A DNA stretch of 64,000 nt, from contig OZ024752.1 in assembly GCA_964016885.1 (NCBI GenBank), positions 11,594,001-11,658,000 of the forward strand. The letters run 5' to 3'. Source of the DNA: Eledone cirrhosa. Its lineage: Eukaryota. Made by a program: the position numbers and the translations under genes. Under the pieces are notes generated by a model. That model had not been told where the DNA came from and did not search any database. It was given only the letters and a program-made list of their open reading frames with translations. Of this stretch, positions 42,830-57,286 are shown piece after piece; position 1 is the stretch's first letter, and each line of letters starts with the position of its first letter.

Positions 42830-43841
42830 ACCCTATAGTGTTATTGAATACAGTTACTAGCAAGATTCTATAGATTTCCCCCTAGGTCTCCTTTCAGAGC
42901 ATTTAAGGTTTACAAAGTAACAGTCACGTGTTTTGCTCCCAAAATGTGATGAATATATTGCTAGTCATAGATAGTATCTGTCTTAATCTGTATATAAAAA
43001 AAACACGGGGGCTAACGCCCCCTGGTTGTGTCGAGCAGAAGCAAGGGGGATAAGAGGGAGCCTTCATCAATGAAATGTCTCTCAATTCCCTATGTATTGG
43101 GGTCTTCCTTACATAGTCACTTCACTTATGAAAAATAACAGTAAAATCATTTTCAAGTCACTTTACCCTCTTTAAATGAAAGAAAAAATGTATAAGGTAA
43201 TACAATCTTAGATAAACTATGTCTCTAATGACGGGGAGGTCGTAACTATGATCCCTAGGGGCACAACTCTGTTCAACCAAAGGATTAGCAACAAGCTAAT
43301 GACGATCATTCTCTTCCTGACTAATCCAACATGTAACATTTAATCTTTCGTTTTCTACTGTCGTTACACATTTATTAAACCTTCAATCATCTTCAAAACT
43401 ATTCTAAGACGTTACTACAATATTTGTTTAATAATATTTCACGTGGTGTCAAATCTCTCTCGCTAATTATTCAGAATTACTGAATATATTAACTAATTGC
43501 TCCAATAATTGCCAACGTGAAATCTCTATCCGAATCTTCCAATGGGTATCAAAAGCTTGAGTTATATTTAGCTTCAAAAATTCTCGTCGCTATGCAATTT
43601 AGGCCAGATCATTCAATATTAAGAAGGAACGAGATAATCATAGCATTGCAAGCATTTGATCATCGATCTGCTCATAGATTGTGAATTGGTATGAACATTA
43701 AATCATTTGACGAAAGACCTTTAGATATTTATTTCTGTTGCTTGCGTTTTGAGTTCAAATTCCGTTAAAGTCGTCTTGGTCTTCCTCCTTCATTTGTTGA
43801 TAAAAATGTTACCAGTTATAAGTATTGTATATAGAGAAATA

Positions 43842-44269
43842 CAGCGTGTCCCCAAAAATGTATACACATTTTGATTACCTGTACAGGCAATATTTATTAT
43901 AATGCACAGCCTTTCCCAAAAATAAAATGATCTACAGACATAATTCAATTGTATATAAACACTCAAACATGTTTACATAATTTAAATAATTGTTTCTACT
44001 TTTGCCACAAGTCCAGCAATTACCCAGTGCATTACTGGTACGTTATTTTATCGACCCCGTAAGGACGAAAGGTATATTTAACCTCGGCGGGATTTGAACT
44101 CAGATCATAAAGGGACGTAAATCTATGCTTCAAAGCATGGTGTCCGACTCTCTACCGATACTGCCAATCCACCGCCCTTTAATAATTTAAATAATGCGCA
44201 TAAAACAGAATTTATTTTAATGCATTTTTCAAAGATTTTGTTATGTATACATTTTTGGAGGACACCCTG
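43842..44269. mobile_element. Tc1-like MITE interrupted by SINE A (43988-44177, -)
   Basis: TA|CAGCGTGTCCCCAAAAATGTATACA ... TGTATACATTTTTGGAGGACACCCTG|TA. The SINE is flanked by an ATAATTTAAATAAT duplication. Confidence 0.85.
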
Positions 44270-44559
44270 TATTGGTACATTGAACAGAAGGCCTTGTATG
44301 AATTGTTTCGGTGTTTTACGTTCTGACTTCTGCTGGGAGCAATTTATGTGTTTTACTTTATCATTCACTCGATTTATCATCATCACCTTCGCTTTGGTTG
44401 ACTTTAATGGATACCTCTTCCTTGCAAGAATTCAGATCAGATCTCTGATTTCAAGATATTTTCTTCGCTTCCTTTTGCACGTCTCAGAAGTCGTGACAAG
44501 GGTCATGGGTGCAGCATTTCTCACATTCGACCGTCGATTGTCAAGATCCTAGTCCTTAT

Positions 44560-44955
44560 TTGTTTAATGAGTAGAGTGGAGCTCGTTAAATCAGACCGAG
44601 GAAATAATTGTTTCTACTTTTTGGCACAAGGCCAGCACTTATCCCAGTACATTACTGGTACTTTATTTTATCGACCCCGTAAGGATGAAAGGCAAAGTTA
44701 ACCTCGGCGGGAATTGAACTCAGATCGTAAAGGGACGTAACTATGCTGGAAAGCATAATCCAACTCTCTACCGATACTGCCAATTCACCGCAGGAAATAA
44801 TGTGTTTCTATTGGTCTTACCAATTGCTAATACTACCTATCAGTCGCAAATCCAGACAGAAGGAAAAATGTGAAATAAAGTGTCTTGCTCAAGGACATAA
44901 CGCCTCACCCGGTCTGGGAGTCTAATTCTCTAACTACTCAGCCACGCACCTTCAC
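44560..44955 (-). mobile_element. SINE family B interrupted by SINE family A (44605-44790)
   Basis: AGGAAATAAT is duplicated on both sides of the inner SINE. Confidence 0.8.
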
Positions 44956-45540
44956 TAATTTCGCACGTTAATGAGCAATAAATAGATCGAATCTGACCTG
45001 ATACTAAAGAAGATCTAGAGGAAATTATTTTTCTAAAAAAAAGTGCGACCCAAGTTTAATTCTCGATAGAAGTATGTATGGACAACACAAATTGAAGTTT
45101 CTCGTACTTGTATAAAATAATAGCGATCAAGCGTTGATGTTATCGCTCATGACATATTAGACACCACCAGGCGATTTTGTTTTGTCTCAAATTTCCATTT
45201 TCTGCCATTGAAATTTACTGCTTACATCATCAAGATTACGGTGGAAACTGTCTTCATTTTCTTTTTTTTTTTTAATATTGTTTTCGAAATTACAAGATAA
45301 GATAATACTGGCCTTCGCTGACACTTCAAAATCTTTAGTTATATAGAATTTTCAATTTTAAGATTTAAAAAACAGAAACATTCAACAGATGTGACAATAT
45401 TAATGTATTTAATGTTCTTTTTTTTAAATATCACACTACAGTATCTATGATATATGGCATAAACAAGTCTTCTCTTCTTTACTTCATCTGCTTTGTTTCA
45501 AACTTATCTTTGTTCAATGATTTAATATGATAGTTAACCC

Positions 45541-45571
<31 letters not shown>

Positions 45572-45618
45572 ATGTATGTATGTATGTGTGTATGTATGTA
45601 TGTCTATGTATATGTGTA

Positions 45619-45649
<31 letters not shown>

Positions 45650-45650
<1 letters not shown>

Positions 45651-45857
45651 GTAATAATAATAATAAATTTGAAGATTAAAATCCAAAGAGGGCTCGATAA
45701 GGAAAAATATATATCAAATATATAAGAACCCTAGAGCAAATATTTATTAAAATAACAGATTCAAGTTTAAGCAAAGAATCGTTGCTTTCACCCATAACGG
45801 GATCCCGTTAAGGGTGAAAGCAGCGATTCTTTGCTTAAACTTTAATCTGTTGTTTTG

Positions 45858-45863
<6 letters not shown>
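45650..45863. mobile_element. Penelope-like remnant with palindrome of about 125 bp centred on GGGATCCC (about 45802)
   Basis: Family pieces also occur at 41205-41365, 53800-53860, 60390-60515 and 63102-63170. Confidence 0.7.
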
Positions 45864-46805
<942 letters not shown>

Positions 46806-46811
<6 letters not shown>

Positions 46812-47445
46812 TGGCTGCCAACTCGTTTTCGAGTACGGCCACTACTTTACATCCATGTAGGATAACCCCTACCGAAGCGCTGAACGAGTGTGACTTTTTA
46901 GTCCAGCCAGCGACTTGAAACCTCTGGTACAAACACTACACCTGTGACAATTATTGACACATAGTGCTAGGCCCATGGTAGGACAATTATTGACACATAG
47001 TGCTGGGCCCATGTGAGGACAAGTGCAGAGAGATCTCCAGATATAAAGCAATGCCTGTGCCGTGAAGCTTTTATAGTGAGCAAAGGCACTGCACAAAGCC
47101 AGTCCCACTCTCTTAACCAAGATGCTATTTACCAAAAAGAAGAACAAGTCAACATCATTGGATACCATCAGGGTTGCAGGTGTTATATCAGAGTTTTCTT
47201 TCTCCTAGAATTCTGCCTTGACTAAGGCTAAAGGGGTCATCTCTCCCGGTGATTTTGGATGGCCATTGACTCTTAAGAGCTCCTTTGCCCTTTGACAGGT
47301 TTTGTTTTTAGTCCTGCAGGATGTCCAAAGTCACCCTCCTCACCAAGAAACCTTGGTGGGGTTGCCAGTTTAGTCGCCAACGACCCGACCATGAGACAGG
47401 TTGTACTGGGATACATGTTACCAGTAGCACCAACTGGTGACCTGA
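46806..47445 (-). mobile_element. Internally deleted RTE-like LINE retaining a putative 5' leader and C2H2 3' end
   Basis: CSVCTRGFKSLAGLKSHTRS. The 3' end GAGTTGGCAGCCACCATATATA resembles that of 62390-62697. Both ends lie in (TA)n. Confidence 0.6.
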
Positions 47446-47490
47446 CATAAATATATATATAAATATATATATAAATATATATATATATAC

Positions 47491-47570
<80 letters not shown>

Positions 47571-47575
<5 letters not shown>

Positions 47576-47750
47576 AACGAGTAGGACCCCGACGGCTGAG
47601 CTCAAGCCGTTTCGACGGCTAATTCTAGACTAAAAAAAGTCCAGATTAGCCGTCGGGGTCCTACTCGTTCCTATTACCCACTCTACTACCCTAAGTATTC
47701 AGTACTTTGGTGCGTCATGGTCCACCTGGTTCCTTACCACATTTCCTTCG

Positions 47751-47752
<2 letters not shown>
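47571..47752. mobile_element. Penelope-like fold-back remnant (family of 14690-14876)
   Basis: ATAGGAACGAGTAGGACCCCGACGGCT / AGCCGTCGGGGTCCTACTCGTTCCTAT. Confidence 0.7.
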
Positions 47753-47816
<64 letters not shown>

Positions 47817-48182
47817 TTTATGTCCAGCCATGGGTTTGCCCTCTTTTTCTCTCTCTCCCTTCCGGTTACTTACATACATGTGATTCTCCTCCTGACACCC
47901 CCATTATCGCTATGTTTTCTGTACATTTTTCTTTTTCCCTCCCGTTCTGTTTAATTTACTTTTTCTCTCTCCTTTTTCCTTACCCAATAACTTACAAAAG
48001 TTATTGACACACTGGGGATAGACATATTGTCTCTAATGCGTTGAAATGTCCGAGACCCTCAGCAGACAACTGAAGAGGGAACTATCCCTTGTTTGTGCTT
48101 TCCTTTTATTTCTAAATACACCTTATCAAGCAACCACACAGCCCCTTGTTCCTTATATATATATATATATATATAACTTCCT

Positions 48183-48214
<32 letters not shown>

Positions 48215-48846
48215 CTTCCTCCATATATATATATACATATAATATAGTAGAATAATCGAGTATCGAAAAATCGGCGCACGAGTTCACGATAAACAAAATT
48301 CGAAATGAGCGGCAGAGGGCTCAATAATTCAGATAAATCAGAGCTATAACTATCGTTAAAATACCGACACACATAGAACATGTCTAAAATCAACCATACG
48401 ACCGAAAAATTACGATCTGGAAGATTCGGGACACTCAGATAAAATATCAATAAATCAATAAATCAAAATAAATCAATAAATAAAAAGCTTACCCGGACCC
48501 GCTAGAAAGATGGTAAATCTAGCTTCTTGGGTTTCTGTAAATCCTTAAACCGCCCTCTATCAGCCCACATAAAAATATATAAGACTTCTAGAAGCCAGCG
48601 GACCGGAATTACTTTCTCAACGAGCTTTTGTCCGAACGAATAAAAAGGCACAACCCAAGTTGAAAAAACGCACATGGAATTCAGCAAGGGAGATAACCTC
48701 TATATCCGCAAAATATATTCGGGAAAATGTGGAAATTCACATATCGAATAAGAGTGCTCAATAGACATGTTAAAATAAACAGGAGCTATTCATCATTTAC
48801 CGGAGAGCAAACAAATATGTATTGTATGCATAGATTCTGTACATAT

Positions 48847-49033
48847 AATTGTTTCTACGTTAGGCACAAGGCCAGCAATTACTCAGTGCATTACTGGTAC
48901 TTTATTTTATCGACCCCGTAAGGATGTAAAGCAAAGTTAAACTCGGCGGGATTTGAACTCAGAATGGCAAGGGCCGTAACTCTATGCGTCAAAGCATGGC
49001 GTCCGACCCTCTACCGATACTGCCAATCCACCG
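48847..49033 (-). mobile_element. SINE family A
   Basis: Full-length reverse complement. Confidence 0.9.
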
Positions 49034-49775
49034 CATGTAATATAATATATATATATATATATATAATCATCCCCCTCACCTTTCAACTGGTTTGTTTACA
49101 GAGGAAGATCCACCATACCGTCTAGACTCAAGCTCAAACAGTTCCTTTCTCGCACAAAATAGCGTTTGAGTTTGTTTCGTTTTGGGGTTTTTTTTGTTAA
49201 TTTTGTTGTTTTTTTTGTTTATTTATTTATATGTATTGATTGGAGATAACTATCTGACAGGCCAAATAACTGTATGTCATCCAGACAGCTTTAATTATTG
49301 TAATTATCGGAGAATCAAATACGGCGTTGAGCGTAGTGTGGGTTAGTGGGGTGGTCTAATTAGAAGCGTGGAGGCGAGTGAAGGGTTATATTTGGCATGG
49401 GGGGGAAAGGAAAAGCGGAGGCGGTTAAAGACATATTAAACGGTTGGACGATGCCGTTATTGGAAAACTAACGCCAAACTGACTTATTCATTATCTTCTA
49501 TAAATATAGACTATTCCCTTGCGATGCATTGGTTATAGATTGCTGCTGGTGTTGCTACTGCTTCTGTTGCTGTTGTTGTTGTTGCTGCTACTGTTGCAGC
49601 TGCTGTTACTGTTGCAGAGCTGCTGCTAATGTTGTAGCTGATGATGGAATTGAGTATGTGGTGGATGGACGTAATGGTAATTATAAGGATAACGGAATGA
49701 ATGCGATGAGAACAATGACTACAATGGGTAATGATTATAACGATGATGTTGATGATGATGATGTTCATGATAATA

Positions 49776-49964
49776 ATTGTTTCTACTTTAGGCACAAGGC
49801 CAGCAATTAACCAATGCATTGCTGGTACTTTAATTTATCGACCCCGTAAGGATGAAAGACAAAGTTAACCTCGGCGGGATTTGAACTCAGACCATAAAGG
49901 GCCGTAACTCTTTGATGTAAAGCATGGCGTCCAAGCCTCTACCGATACTGCTAATCCACCGCCC
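49776..49964 (-). mobile_element. SINE family A in a GTT/GAT trinucleotide region
   Basis: Full-length, with TGTTCATGATAATAA duplicated on both sides. Confidence 0.9.
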
Positions 49965-50302
49965 TATGTTCATGATAATAACGGTGATTAAGAGGATGAG
50001 AACAATGATGAAGATGAAGTTGATGAGGAGGAGGCTGATTGGCAGATTATTTCGCAATATTATCTATCATCAGATAACCCTCTGAGGTTGTAGAAACTTA
50101 ATCTGTTATACAAACTATATCTGTACTCTTGTATATATATGCGATAAGAGCTCATGTATGCATGTGGTATGTTCTATGTACGTGTAAGAATATATTTGTA
50201 CTCATCGCTGTGTCGGCCTGTCTGAATATGTTTCTATAATTTTACATAGACTAACTGCAGACATTTTTCTATGATCTACATCGAAAGGAAAGGTGCCCGG
50301 CT

Positions 50303-51495
50303 TAGTGTTTAACCCTTTATCATTTACATTATACTATATATACTATTGTATAGTGTTTAACTCTTTACCATTTACATTACTCTATATATATATATACACT
50401 ATTGTATAGTGTTTAACCATTTACATTACTCTATATATACTATTGTATAGTGTTTAACCCTTTACTATTTACATTACTCTATATATACTATTGTATAGTG
50501 TTTAACCATTTACATTACTCTATATATACTATTGTATAGTGTTTAACCCTTTACCATTTACATTACTCTATATATACTATTGTATAGTGTTTAACCCTTT
50601 ACCATTTACATTACTTTATATATACTATTGTATAGTGTTTAACCCTTTACCATTTACATTACTCTATATATACTATTGTATAGTGTTTAACCCTTTACCA
50701 TTTACATTACTTTATATATATACTATTGTATAGTGTTTAACCCTTTACCATTTACATTACTCTATATATACTATTGTATAGTGTTTAACCCTTTACCATT
50801 TACATTACTTTATATATACTATTGTATAGTGTTTAACCCTTTACCATTTACATTACTCTATATATACTATTGTATAGTGTTTAACCCTTTACCATTTACA
50901 TTATTTTATATATATATACTATTGTATAGTGTTTAACCCTTTACCATTTACATTACTCTATATATACTATTGTATAGTGTTTAACCCTTTACCATTTACA
51001 TTACTCTATATATACTATTGTATAGTGTTTAACCCTTTACCATTTACGTTACTCTATATATACTATTGTATAGTGTTTAACCCTTTACCATTTACGTTAC
51101 TCTATATATACTATTGTATAGTGTTTAACCCTTTACCATTTACGTTACTCTATATATACTATTGTATAGTGTTTAACCCTTTACCATTTACGTTACTCTA
51201 TATATACTATTGTATAGTGTTTAACCCTTTACCATTTACGTTACTCTATATATACTATTGTATAGTGTTTAACCCTTTACCATTTACGTTACTCTATATA
51301 TACTATTGTATAGTGTTTAACCCTTTACCATTTACATTACTCTATATATACTATTGTATAGTGTTTAACCCTTTACCATTTACATTACTCTATATATACT
51401 ATTGTATAGTGTTTAACCCTTTACCATTTACATTACTCTATATATACTATTGTATAGTGTTTAACCCTTTACCATTTACATTACTCTATATATAC
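50303..51495. repeat. 48-bp minisatellite, about 25 copies (TAGTGTTTAACCCTTTACCATTTACATTACTCTATATATACTATTGTA)
   Basis: Direct periodicity that decays into partial units to about 51780. Confidence 0.96.
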
Positions 51496-52289
51496 TTGTA
51501 CAAAAGTAGAAACAATTATATATACTATTGTATTTACATTACTCTCTCTATATACTATTGTATTTCCATAGTACTCACATACCATTTAGAATACTCTATA
51601 TATACTGTTGTATTTTCACGGTAAAAGCATTACTCTATATTTACTATTGTATTTTCACGGTAAAGGTTTTACCTCACATAATATCTCACTTAATATCTCA
51701 CATAACATTTACATTACTCTATATTTACTATTGAATTTACATTACTCTATATATACTATTGTATTTTCACTGTAAAGGCTATATCTCGCATAATATCTCA
51801 TATAATATCGAATCTATGAGATTTTGATATTATTTATTTTGAGAACCTAACAACAGTATGATTGGCTGGTTACAGCCAATTTGAACAGAAAGAGGTGAGT
51901 GAATTCTGGCCGGATATGGCCGGTTTAAATGCAAATCGTCTCATGATCATAAAGTAGTGAATTTGATTTCCAGTGGCAGCTTGTCACTGGGCAAGACAAC
52001 TATTTCACATGCCCCCAGTTCACTCAGATAGCAAAAATTAGTAGTGCCTGTAATTCAAAAAGCCAGTCTTGTCGCATTCTGTGTCAATTGCTCGGAGATC
52101 TACACTGAGGCTACTCGTGTTTGTGGAATGCTCACCCAGTTAAACGCTAATTTCAGAGGGAAACTGTGCCATTGATCAAATCAACTGCAAAAAACAGGTC
52201 GTCGGAGCTGGCAGAGTTCCAACAGCAGTATATAACTTTTAAACATTAACTGAATGAGCAATTAATATATGTATGTTGATGATGATATA

Positions 52290-52608
52290 GACAAATGTCC
52301 AGACATAAGACCTCTTTTGGTCATGAATGTCCATGGGATTTGCACCTAGAGAGTTCCCCTCCGAGGCACAAGTCAGGGCAGGGTTGTTTGTGGTAGACCA
52401 ACAGTCGCCTATGCATACCAGTCTCACCCTCTCCGCGCCACCGATGTTGTCCTAGGGAAAGACATTGGCCGATACAGCTTGACACCAGTGGCGTCGCTAC
52501 TTATTTCTACAGCTGAGTGAACTGGAACAACGTGAAATGAAGTGTCTTGCTCAAGGACAAACGCAAAGCCCGGTCCGATAATCGAACACACAACCTCACG
52601 CTTGAAAG
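52290..52608 (-). mobile_element. SINE family B-related element with long 3' tail
   Basis: Reverse complement of TCCTTGAGCAAGACACTTCATTTCACGTTGTTCCAGTTCACTCAGCTGTAGAAAT. Confidence 0.75.
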
Positions 52609-52662
52609 TCCACATAAATACATATATAAATAAACAGTCAATCTGAAAGAATTACGCATATA

Positions 52663-52826
52663 TCGTATTTCCCGGCGCCAAAGACGCTTCGTCCTCGAGG
52701 ACACACCCTAATTTTTATAACCAAAAATTTGAAAAAAAATAATAAACAACCTTCGGCTCCAAGTCTATGGTAGATTTTTGAGACTTATTTTAGGAAAAAA
52801 GTAGTCTTTGACGCCAGGAAATATGG
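52663..52826. mobile_element. Tc2-like MITE
   Basis: TA flanks; matches 17519-17672. Confidence 0.8.
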
Positions 52827-52926
52827 TACTTATATCATACAAAAATGAATTTGCTGTCATCTTATTTAACATTGGAAACATACGTTGAGAATTAAACACT
52901 TTTAGAAATCTGGTCCATTGTAACAA

Positions 52927-53346
52927 CGATTCGCAGAATTGGTAGAGCGTCGGACAACATGCTTAGCGGCATAGAGTTACGGCGCTTTGTGTTCTGAGTA
53001 CAAATCCAGCCGAAGTTAGCTTTGCCTTTCATCCTTACAGAGAGAGCCAATAAAATAAAGTACCAGTAATACACTGCAGTAGATTTAATCGACTTTTCCC
53101 TCCTGCCAATATTGTTTGCATTGTGCCTAAATCCGAAACCATTATTAGACAAGGGCGGTAGATTGGCAGTATCGGTAGAGGGTCGGACGCCATGCTTTCC
53201 AGCATAGAGTTACCTCCCTTTATGATCTGAGTTCAAATCCTGCCGAGGTTAACTTTGTCTTTCATCCTTACAGGGTCGATAAAATAAAGTACCAGTAATA
53301 CACTGGTATAATTGCTGGCCTTGTGCCAAAAGTAGAAACAATTATT
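52927..53346 (+). mobile_element. Two tandem SINE family A copies (52927-53146 and 53153-53346)
   Basis: The second copy is flanked by an ATTATTAGACA duplication. Confidence 0.85.
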
Positions 53347-53881
53347 AGACATTTCAGAGAAGCCGATGTGATACCACCCAGTGGAGATATTTTGATAATG
53401 TTTGGCTATATCACACTTTAATTAACATCTTGAAGTTAATTAAAATAAGTTTACAGTGGATTATCCGATCTTAATGTCTTCTGCCAATGGCTGACATCTA
53501 TAGAGATATTAAGAATGGTTTCAGTTAAAATACATTATACTGAGTTGAAGCCTCGTGGGTAAGATATAGGTACTTATACAATAGACACTCTCTCATCGTA
53601 TTAGTGCATTATATGGTTTTACATTCAACACTTAACCTAATTCTCAAGTTAAATCAGTGTTACTAAGTGACAACCTGGACCTTTGACTTACATGTAAAGT
53701 CCAAAGACTATATATGTATATATATGTGTGTGTGTTATAAATAGGTAGATATATAGATACCTCATAAATACATAGATATATACATATATACATATAGAAG
53801 ATCCCGTTAAGGGTGAAAGCAGCGATTCTTTGCTTAAACTTCAATCTGTTATTTTAATAAATATATATATATGTATATATA

Positions 53882-54180
53882 GGGCGGGCAAAATTCCCGA
53901 GATCCATGGACGAGTTCTCTCCAACGGTCTCTGTCCCTCATTATCGCTGCCATGTGCTGTGTTTCCAAGAGACCAGTGTCTGTCCTTAGGGCATCAACAT
54001 ATGTTAACCTTGGTCTTCCACTTCCAGTGTGTCGATGCAGGGGCTCCCACAGGAGCACTGAATGCAGTGTCAACTCTGGATCTCGGTGAGCATGTCCAGC
54101 TAACCTCAGTCTCCTCTGTGTCACTTTAGAGCTGACTTTTGGGAGGCTCCCGTACAGCTCTGAGTTCTTCATCCTCAGTG
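53882..54180 (-). mobile_element. 5'-truncated RTE-clade LINE 3' end
   Basis: Near-identical to 37760-38062. Confidence 0.9.
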
Positions 54181-54325
54181 TATATATATGTATATATATG
54201 TATTCTTATCGTTTCGGACGCTAGTCATTTATCAGAAGAAGGGAATGAGAAATTAGATAGATTGAAGGGAAAAAAAATGTCTTTAGATAAAAAGAACAGG
54301 TCCATTTGTGTTGTCATTATATATG

Positions 54326-54464
54326 ACGCATAGAGTTACGGCCCTTGCCATGCTGAGTTCAAATCCCGCCGAGGTTAACTTTGCCATTCGTCCTTACGGG
54401 GTCGATAAAATAAAGTACCAGTAATGCACTGGTAAATTGCTGGCCTTGTGTCAAAAGTAGAAAC

Positions 54465-54468
<4 letters not shown>
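54326..54468 (+). mobile_element. SINE family A, 5'-truncated
   Basis: B-box, core and tail are present. Confidence 0.85.
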
Positions 54469-54514
<46 letters not shown>

Positions 54515-54530
54515 GTTTATATATATATAT

Positions 54531-55178
54531 ACCTGAGGTATCTGATTTTTAATGCGATGAAATACCAATGATGGTTGGTAAATCACTGACGAAGGACCAT
54601 TTTTATCATATGTAACCCATGTGCAAACCTAGCAGTATTCTTCTTTCTTCTCATGTTTTTTATATATATTTATCTCGGCTGCGTTTGTCTGTTTCTCTCT
54701 TACTGCTTCCCCGCTCTCTCTGTTTCTCTCACCTTCTTTCGCCCCCGCTGTCAGTTACACTTTCTCTCGACTGACCTCTTCCTCACACTTCCACTCACTC
54801 ACTCTCTGTTTCTCCCCTTCTCACTTCCTCCCGTTTGGCTTGTGTGGGTCTCTTCTTGCTCACATCTCACACACTTCAACACGGTCTGTACCTCTCTCGC
54901 TCATGAAATCCACCAGCTTATGCTGATCGGACAACCATGTTGCTTGTTTATTTTCCTATCTTCGGTTTGCTTTTATCCTTCTATGTTGTTTACTTGTCCC
55001 CCTCGCCTTACGCGAATTTTGGTCCCAATAACTTTTTTTAGTTATTGCTCGCACCAACCTGAGGTATCTGATTTTTAATGCGATGAAATACCAATGATGG
55101 TTGGAAAATCACTGACGAAGGACTATTTTTATCATATGTAACCCATGTGCAAACCACGCAGTATTCTTCTTTCTTCTC

Positions 55179-55180
<2 letters not shown>
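54531..55180 (+). mobile_element. Element with direct terminal repeats of about 122 bp (54531-54652 and 55057-55178), pseudo-LTR-like
   Basis: ACCTGAGGTATCTGATTTTTAATGCGATG...TCTTCTTTCTTCTC is repeated. Non-coding interior, (TA)n flanks. Confidence 0.6.
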
Positions 55181-55223
<43 letters not shown>

Positions 55224-55224
<1 letters not shown>

Positions 55225-55963
55225 CTATATATAAAAAATTCTTTGTCTGCCTATCTTTCCTCATGCATTCTCAAATGGCTCGACCAAATCAAATCAAATT
55301 TTACAAGGTAATAGTATTAGACCCCAGGATTAAAATACGGCGAGCGACGACGTCACATTTTGTATATGAGTGTGTATGTGTCTGTGAGTATGTGCGTGTT
55401 TGCGCGTTCGTTACATACGTTAGGACTTAGAAATTTACATACACACACATCTTCACATAAATATTTAATCAGATACAGAGAGAATTAAACACACACACAC
55501 ATCTCCATAAACATATACATATGTACTGACTGACAAGTATATCTGTGTGTGTTTATGTGAGGTTGAATTTAAGAGGCTTCAGTTTCCAGTCAAACTAAGT
55601 TTTGTTATTTCAATTAACAAATCTCAGGGTCAAACTCTCAAGGTAGTTGGACTTGATCTCTCTACTACATGTTTCTCCCATGGTCAACTCTATGTTGGTT
55701 GTTCACGAGTTGGAAGCAGCAACAATTTATTCGTTTGGACACCAACAAAAAATGACACAATGAATATTGTTTACCCTGAGGTGCTTCAAGATTGACAGAT
55801 TTTCATTTCTAAATTCTATTATCATTACAATTTTAATATTTTTAAAAATAAAATATAGATATGTTGAAATAATTATGAGAAAAAATATTTATCTTCATAT
55901 TTATTGATTACTAATCTGAATAAGAACAACAGTAACCCGGGCAACGCCGGGTCATTCAGCCAG
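55224..55963 (+). mobile_element. Internally deleted Helitron retaining the C-terminus of the RepHel PIF1-type helicase (about 55559-55795)
   Basis: A|TC 5' end; RLQFPVKLSFVISINKSQGQTL..FSHGQLYVGCSRV..NIVYPEVL; 3' hairpin CCCGGGCAACGCCGGG followed by CCAG|T. Confidence 0.9.
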
Positions 55964-55997
55964 TATATACATGTATATATATATACATAGATGTATG

Positions 55998-56072
<75 letters not shown>

Positions 56073-56472
56073 GTGTGTGTGTGTGTGTGTGTATGCATTC
56101 ATCTATGTATGTATATTGTGTGTGTGCTTATGTCCCCCTGTGTGTATTGATAGCGCATGAAAGCAGAATTCATGCTTCAATGAGAAAATCTGTGATATAT
56201 GGTTTCTGCTACGTTTAAGGGACATAATACATCAAGCGTTTGGCTTTAAGAAATAACGGAAGTATGATATGGCACAGCTAGGAATGTACTGAAACTGAAC
56301 CTAAAATTAACACCAATTATTGATGCCATTTATTCCTAGGTCATCCTTGGTTGAATAGAGCTGTGATGAAAGGTATTCTCGTCGTATCTACCCTACTGTT
56401 ACGATCATATATAAAATTATACTATATTATCAAATATGCTCTTACTTTTCTCAAACGAGTGTAATGTTAAAG

Positions 56473-56787
56473 CAGGTATGGGAAACTTTTTTCGAGAAGC
56501 GGGCCACATGAGATATGGCCCATCATCAAGCGGGCCACATGAGATATGGCCCATCATCAAGCGGGCCGCATGAGATATGACTCATCATCAGGCGGGCCGC
56601 AAGTGCTAATTTACATTCGTGCCCACATTAAAAAAACGGCGGTTGTTTTGATTTGTTTCTTCAGAATTCGTACATGTTTTCCTCGATCTTAAAAATGATA
56701 GAAAGATAAATTACGACTGAAATTTCCCTTGGGTGACTTAGGTGAGCCATTGAGAAAGCCTCGCGGGTCGCAGTTTGCCGATGACTG
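56473..56787. mobile_element. hAT MITE related to 18408-18570, with three internal 31-bp tandem units
   Basis: CAGGTATGGGAAAC / GTTTGCCGATGACTG termini and repeated GCGGGCC motifs. Confidence 0.7.
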
Positions 56788-57286
56788 GTTTAGAGTGATT
56801 TAGCTCCTATGCCTAGCAGATCAAACGATCACTCTCTCTCATTGCTACTAAAACTGACTTGTAAGATTCGGTCGTCGAAATTTACAGAAAAGGCAACATA
56901 ACATTTGAGTATTTTATATGCACGAAGCTTCTGTAGAGTGTTTTAGTTTGGAGAGAGAAATAGATTTGTTTAATGTCTACAAGTCTTCGAACCGAATGCT
57001 TTGAAATATTAATGAAAGGAAAATTAAAAGAACAAGAAAGGAATGGAATGAACCTACAAAGAAATTAAATCAGAAAGGTAATACGGTGTTTCGCTCACTA
57101 TTTTATTACTATATGATAATTATACTCATTCCTTTCATTTTCTTCTTATTCGTTATGTACATTCTGTAGTGTTGAACACATTTTAGTAATCAAATAAATA
57201 CCGTGGTCGTCAAAGTAAATACAAGCAACGTACTGGTGTTGATTACGTCGAGGACATGTCTGCTCCTGAAATGTATGAGCTTGCAT

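Noticed and set aside
47330-47445. HDV-like ribozyme at the 5' end of the RTE-like element
   Set aside because: A P2/P4/CUAA-like arrangement is visible, but I could not build convincing P1 and P3 helices. It needs a descriptor search.
49320-49490. GC-richer patch with TATA/CCAAT-like words
   Set aside because: There is no associated exon or other support, and such short motifs are expected by chance.
49511-49819. Cys/Asp-rich or Ala/Thr-rich ORFs
   Set aside because: Degenerate GTT/GCT/GAT trinucleotide repeats running into a SINE.
50539-51624. ORFs of repeated FNPLPFTLLYIYYCIV
   Set aside because: By-product of a 48-bp (multiple of 3) satellite, with frames broken by TA slippage.
55547-55795. 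Host PIF1 helicase exon
   Set aside because: It is bounded by a Helitron 5' TC and a 3' hairpin/CCAG end, so it is a transposon remnant.
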